Assembly: GCA_000165345.1 (NCBI GenBank)
Contig: CM000436.1
Location: 1,088,001-1,152,000 of the forward strand
Length of the DNA stretch: 64,000 nucleotides
Direction: 5' to 3'
Shown: positions 53,438 to 64,000 of the stretch, in pieces
Numbering within the stretch: position 1 is the first letter of the stretch
Layout of the letters: each line of letters begins with the position of its first letter
Notes under the pieces: generated by a model
Told to the model about the DNA's origin: nothing
Database searches by the model: none
Seen by the model: the letters and a program-made list of their open reading frames with translations, nothing else
Translations under genes and position numbers: made by a program

Positions 53438-54925
53438 CTAGCCAAATTCATCAATATAATAAGATTCTTTTTTAGTACTTTTAATCATACTTTTAAGAAT
53501 ATTAATTCTCTCACTTATATCTTTAGTGTTCGATAATTTACTCATTAGTTGTTCTTTTGTATATAATGGAGTTATTTTTCTTTTATTTGTTGGAGATTTT
53601 AATTCAAAATTATTCTTATTCCAATTATTAATCAAATAATTATTAATATCAGCCTTTTCATAGTTATTTTGTCTTTTTATATTTTTATTGAATTTTTGTA
53701 AATATTTGTAATAAGAATTATTATCAGATTCAAATTCAGAAGGAATTATTGAATTATTATATTTTGGTGCATGTTCTCTGTAATTGCTGAATTCATATTG
53801 ATCGTTATTTGAATTGAATCTATTACTAAAAGCACTGGTTGTTTCTCTATAAAGTGAATCATTTTTAGTCCTACGAATAGTTTCTATTGCAGATCTCAAA
53901 GCTGAATTCTTTCCATTTGTTCTTAAGGAGGAAGAAAATGAAGAGTAATATGCAGGAAGAGAGCTTGTAGAATAAGAGCCATAATATTGATGATTCCCAG
54001 TTTTGGAAGAATCTTTAATAAATCTATAGGTTTTTATTTGATTATGTAATAATTCTGAGTTTGAAATTTTCGAGTTAAAAATGTTAATATTATTATTATG
54101 TTTGTCAATTAATGGAGAATTATTCAAATACGATGGAACTCTTAGTTCAGATAATTCTAAAGTTCCACGTGTATTTGGTGAATTAAATTGAATTGTTACG
54201 TTATCATAAATATCTTCAATTTTTTGAGACAATTCTTGCTTTTGTTCTTGTTCTTGTTCTTGCTCTTGTTCTTGCTCTTGTTCATTTTCCTGTATCAGTT
54301 CCTGTTCTAGTTTTTGTTTTTGTTCTAGTTCCTGAACTTTAACTTGAACTTGACTATTCTCTCTGTTTTCCATTATTTGCTTATAATTTTTATTACTAAA
54401 TTCAGCCAAGTTACGTAAATTTTCATGTAGATTAAAATTTTCAAGTTTAATTAATTCAACCATTTCTTTAAGACATGATATGACATTAATATTCTCCAAA
54501 GTTGATAAATCTTTAATATTATTATAAAATGTGGATCTTAAATGCAATATAATTTCTGATTCAATTTCTTCCAATTTAATAATTAATATATAATCCTTTT
54601 CTTTTGCATGATCATCAAAGGTATTACCAAATGGTCTTTTATCAGGAATTTTATCCATATATTCATAATACTTCATTAAATTTAATGAAAATAAATCTTT
54701 ATATGAAGAGTCTTCGTCAATCATTTCAAGAAAATTCAGTATTGAATACTTTTGATTAATATTATCACGATAATTTAGTATCTTTCCTCTAATAATATCC
54801 CATAGAAAATAACCTTCCCAAGGTCCACCCAACTTTGTAGTAAGTTCTATTGGATTAAATGATGTCAATATAATTTTTAAAATATAATTTGATTCATTAA
54901 TATCATTAATATCTTTATTATCCAA
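53438..54925 (-). CDS. About 495-aa protein with an (EQ)n repeat. Function unknown. The 5' end is uncertain.
   Basis: The ORF-track start at 54925 is a TTG codon. The frame stays open upstream into the N-containing segment at 54937-55060. The true start codon cannot be determined. The (EQ)n tract is encoded around 54240-54300. Confidence 0.4.
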   Translation of the reverse strand: MDNKDINDINESNYILKIILTSFNPIELTTKLGGPWEGYFLWDIIRGKILNYRDNINQKYSILNFLEMIDEDSSYKDLFSLNLMKYYEYMDKIPDKRPFGNTFDDHAKEKDYILIIKLEEIESEIILHLRSTFYNNIKDLSTLENINVISCLKEMVELIKLENFNLHENLRNLAEFSNKNYKQIMENRENSQVQVKVQELEQKQKLEQELIQENEQEQEQEQEQEQEQKQELSQKIEDIYDNVTIQFNSPNTRGTLELSELRVPSYLNNSPLIDKHNNNINIFNSKISNSELLHNQIKTYRFIKDSSKTGNHQYYGSYSTSSLPAYYSSFSSSLRTNGKNSALRSAIETIRRTKNDSLYRETTSAFSNRFNSNNDQYEFSNYREHAPKYNNSIIPSEFESDNNSYYKYLQKFNKNIKRQNNYEKADINNYLINNWNKNNFELKSPTNKRKITPLYTKEQLMSKLSNTKDISERINILKSMIKSTKKESYYIDEFG

Positions 54926-55556
54926 GGATCCTACTTNATCTTCAGAATCTAATAATATTGCTGAAATCGCCCCAGCTTAANTTNCAATTCCCATTCTGGG
55001 AGATTATGTNNAAAAATCTTCTTTACACACTTTNCCCTTCATTTTTTTTTTTCAANTTATACTTCCCAATATATATATATATATATATATTTCTATAATT
55101 GTTTGAAACTTGTAATCCATTATTCAAATTATATTTATGTATTTGTTTTAAAATATTATTTGATATAAATTATTTTGATACATGCACGCATTACTTTGCA
55201 ATAATATAGCTTAAGATTCAGAGAATTTTCAGACTCCACATTTATTTAAAAAAATGCATTAATATATACAATAGCATAAAGATAATGTGAAGTGAAATTT
55301 TTTTGAATCTACTTTCTTTTAATTCTATGCAATTACAAAACAACTGGAATTCAAGTATATTGGTATAAGCAATTTTTTCTTTCTAATGATTGCTTAAACT
55401 TCTTCTTTACTTTCTTGGGTAATTTGAGTGCATATTTCAATAATTAAATGAATTATTGAAATATGCTAAAGTTAGAACAGGAGGAAAAAAAAAAATTACC
55501 AAATTCAAAGTTATTCACTAAAAATTCTTAATATATTTAATTTAAATATTTTTGTT

Positions 55557-55599
55557 TTGGCGCCAGACTTTGTTTCTACTAATAATAATGTGGGGAATT
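55557..55599. promoter_or_regulatory. TTGGCGCCAG ... TGTGGGGAAT in the divergent spacer between the 53438 gene and the Nudix gene.
   Basis: E2F-like GGCGCC core plus a G-box. Confidence 0.35.
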
Positions 55600-56415
55600 C
55601 CTAGTAAAAAAAAAAAATAATNTATNATAAAATAAAATTTGAATAATAATAATTTTTATATAAAATNAATGATTTTCTATAAGAGTNTTTGATTAANTTT
55701 TATTACATTTCCCTATTAAAACTGGTGTAGATTTTTCTAATTGAATGATTTTTTTTTGTTTTGGTTTAATTTAAAAGATATATATATTTGTGTATCTATT
55801 TATAGATTTATTTATAATTTTAATATTTAAATTAATTTATGAGGTTTTTTTTTGTTTTATTAATATAATTTTGATTAAATATTTTAAAATTAATTTTCCA
55901 GTTTTAAATTTTCTATTTTCTAGATGTTTTCTGCATGCATTGCATGCATTTTTATATATTTATAATTTTTCGTGTGGACGAAATTTTAAGTTTATATAAA
56001 AGTAAAATTTTAAAGAAAAATAATAGAAGATATTTGAGTAATATAATTAAAAAAAAATTGTTTTGATCAAACAAAATAATATTACAATTCATATTAATAA
56101 ATTCTTTTTTCTTCTTCTTTTTTCTCTTTCTAATTTCTTCTTATTTCTTAATATTATCGATTAAGAAAATACTACATATACATAAGAATTAAAATTGAAA
56201 TTAAAATGATTGATAATTTGAATTTGAGTTGAGTTAAGGTTTACATTTTATAATTTTCTTAATAAATGGAAAAAGAAAATAATCAGAATAAAAAGAATAG
56301 TCGAGTTGAGTTAATAAAAGAAAGAGAAAGAAAGAGAATGGAAGAAAGAAAGAGAGTGAAAGTCGTTATATTTTGAAAATAATTAAATACAAATAATTTA
56401 ATATTATTTAAAATA

Positions 56416-57039
56416 ATGAAAATGAAAAATAACAACTATCCAAATAAATTTAGATCATTTATTATTGTTATTCATCAAGAATATGGATGTTTACTTTTAA
56501 AGTCAACTAAAAAAAGTGAATATGGCATTTTTCAATTACCAGGAGGAAGATTAGATGAGAAAGATTTGATGATTAATATTTCAGAAGCTAATAATAATAA
56601 TGGTAGAATAAATCCAATACCTGCAGAGAATGATTTTAAAATAGCTGCTGCAAGAGAATTATATGAAGAAACCGGATTAGATTTTAGAAATCGTCTTTAT
56701 ATGTTAAAACCATTGAAATTTGATTTGCCTAATAAATGGAGATTTTTTTACTTGAATATTACTAATTATGAAATAGTTAACCAAAATCAAAATAAAAATT
56801 ACTATTTTAATATATTCAAAGAAATTTCCCAATACTTTAACTCGATAATATTTAAAACAAAGAATAATAACATTGATGTAAATAATATTATTATAAAACT
56901 GTCCAAAGAACATGAAAGTTTCTTGTTTGAAAAAGACTTGGTAAAAGCTTCTCAGCTAGTTAAATCCCATAGCAAAGGTGTATGCTCCAAGGCACTATTA
57001 CTTTTCCAACAAAATTACCAAATATATACAAATTACTAG
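56416..57039 (+). CDS. Nudix-family hydrolase of 207 aa, with an Asn-rich insertion in the Nudix box.
   Basis: PGGRLDEKD ... AAARELYEETGL matches the Nudix box G-x5-E-x7-REUXEEXGU, with an inserted low-complexity loop. Start is an ATG. Confidence 0.6.
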   Translation: MKMKNNNYPNKFRSFIIVIHQEYGCLLLKSTKKSEYGIFQLPGGRLDEKDLMINISEANNNNGRINPIPAENDFKIAAARELYEETGLDFRNRLYMLKPLKFDLPNKWRFFYLNITNYEIVNQNQNKNYYFNIFKEISQYFNSIIFKTKNNNIDVNNIIIKLSKEHESFLFEKDLVKASQLVKSHSKGVCSKALLLFQQNYQIYTNY

Positions 57040-57364
57040 TTTTTTTTTTTTTCTTTTTTTTTTCTCCTGTTTCAAATTTTAATTCTAACTTTTCCTCTCA
57101 ACACATATTATTACAAAAACAATAGGAATTCACTGGAACATTGAAATCAATTCACTAAATATTAAAAGAAAAGATTGTAATTGAATAATAACAAAATCTA
57201 CCAGCTAAAATAGAACAATTATAAATCATTATATTACTACCATTAAAATATTGATAATCAACTAACTTTCCCAAAAATAATCCCAACTTTATCTAAATAA
57301 ATTTCCATCATTTTTTCATCAAATTATTCTTATATTCTAAATGCAGTAATTAACTATTATTTAT

Positions 57365-57420
57365 CCACATAAATGTGCGTGCATGCATGATGGCGCTCAT
57401 GTAAAAAATGACGTGTTAAA
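57365..57420. promoter_or_regulatory. GTGCGTGCATGCATGATGGCGCTCATG ... AATGACGTGTTAAAA in the convergent spacer between the Nudix and SNF2 genes.
   Basis: GCATGCA, a GGCGC core and an ACGT box (ACGTCA on the other strand). This is the third convergent-spacer instance. Confidence 0.4.
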
Positions 57421-57533
57421 AAATAAATCGAATAAAAATAGAAAGTGATAATAGTAGTTTTAGTTGTTGTCTTGATGAAGTAATTTTGAATAAATAGTTG
57501 AAGATAATGTGAACTTCACCTTTTTTCTCAAAT

Positions 57534-57569
<36 letters not shown>

Positions 57570-57630
57570 TAGAAATAATTCTCCAATTATAATTCCCAAG
57601 AAACGAGAGAATAATTACTTGGGCTATAAA

Positions 57631-64000
<6,370 letters not shown>

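Noticed and set aside
55790-55999. 69-aa ORF in the AT-rich spacer upstream of the Nudix gene.
   Set aside because: It is a translation of an A/T-rich spacer (FIILIFKLIY...). Compositional artefact.

Overview
This is AT-rich (roughly 70-75% A+T) eukaryotic nuclear DNA read with the standard genetic code. It is gene-dense, with about 25 protein-coding genes on both strands and short intergenic spacers. Introns are few and very short, with GTAAGT...YAG boundaries. Proteins show Asn/Ser/Gln-rich low-complexity insertions. Runs of N around 40.3-40.7 kb, 54.9-55.1 kb and 55.6-55.7 kb mark a draft assembly.

Recognisable genes are ordinary housekeeping ones: eIF2-beta, tRNA-Ala(AGC), CNOT9/Rcd1, Sec24 (one 62-nt intron), a PI 4-kinase beta, a very large Nup155/Nup170-type nucleoporin, Sof1/DCAF13, a TMEM147-like membrane protein, a Nudix hydrolase, a GATOR2-type WD40/RING subunit, and a PHD-finger SNF2 ATPase that runs off the 3' end of the window. 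There are also several coiled-coil, low-complexity and membrane proteins of unknown function.

There is nothing prokaryote-like here: no operons, defence islands, CRISPR arrays or mobile elements.

The most distinctive signal is in the AT-rich spacers. Nearly every intergenic region carries a small GC-rich module built from the same few elements: E2F-like TTTSSCGCC boxes and GGCGCC palindromes, GCATGC(A), ACGT-core CACGTAAT/ACGTCA boxes, GTGGGGA 'G-boxes' and ACCGGTA. These sit about 100-500 bp upstream of start codons. Three of them also lie in convergent 3'/3' spacers, where they cannot be promoters of the annotated genes.

This motif vocabulary, the compact intron-poor AT-rich genome and the draft-quality Ns fit a Cryptosporidium-like apicomplexan. 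That is a hypothesis I cannot confirm without a search.

The supplied ORF track uses bacterial-style alternative start codons (TTG rendered as M), so several starts are corrected to the first ATG.
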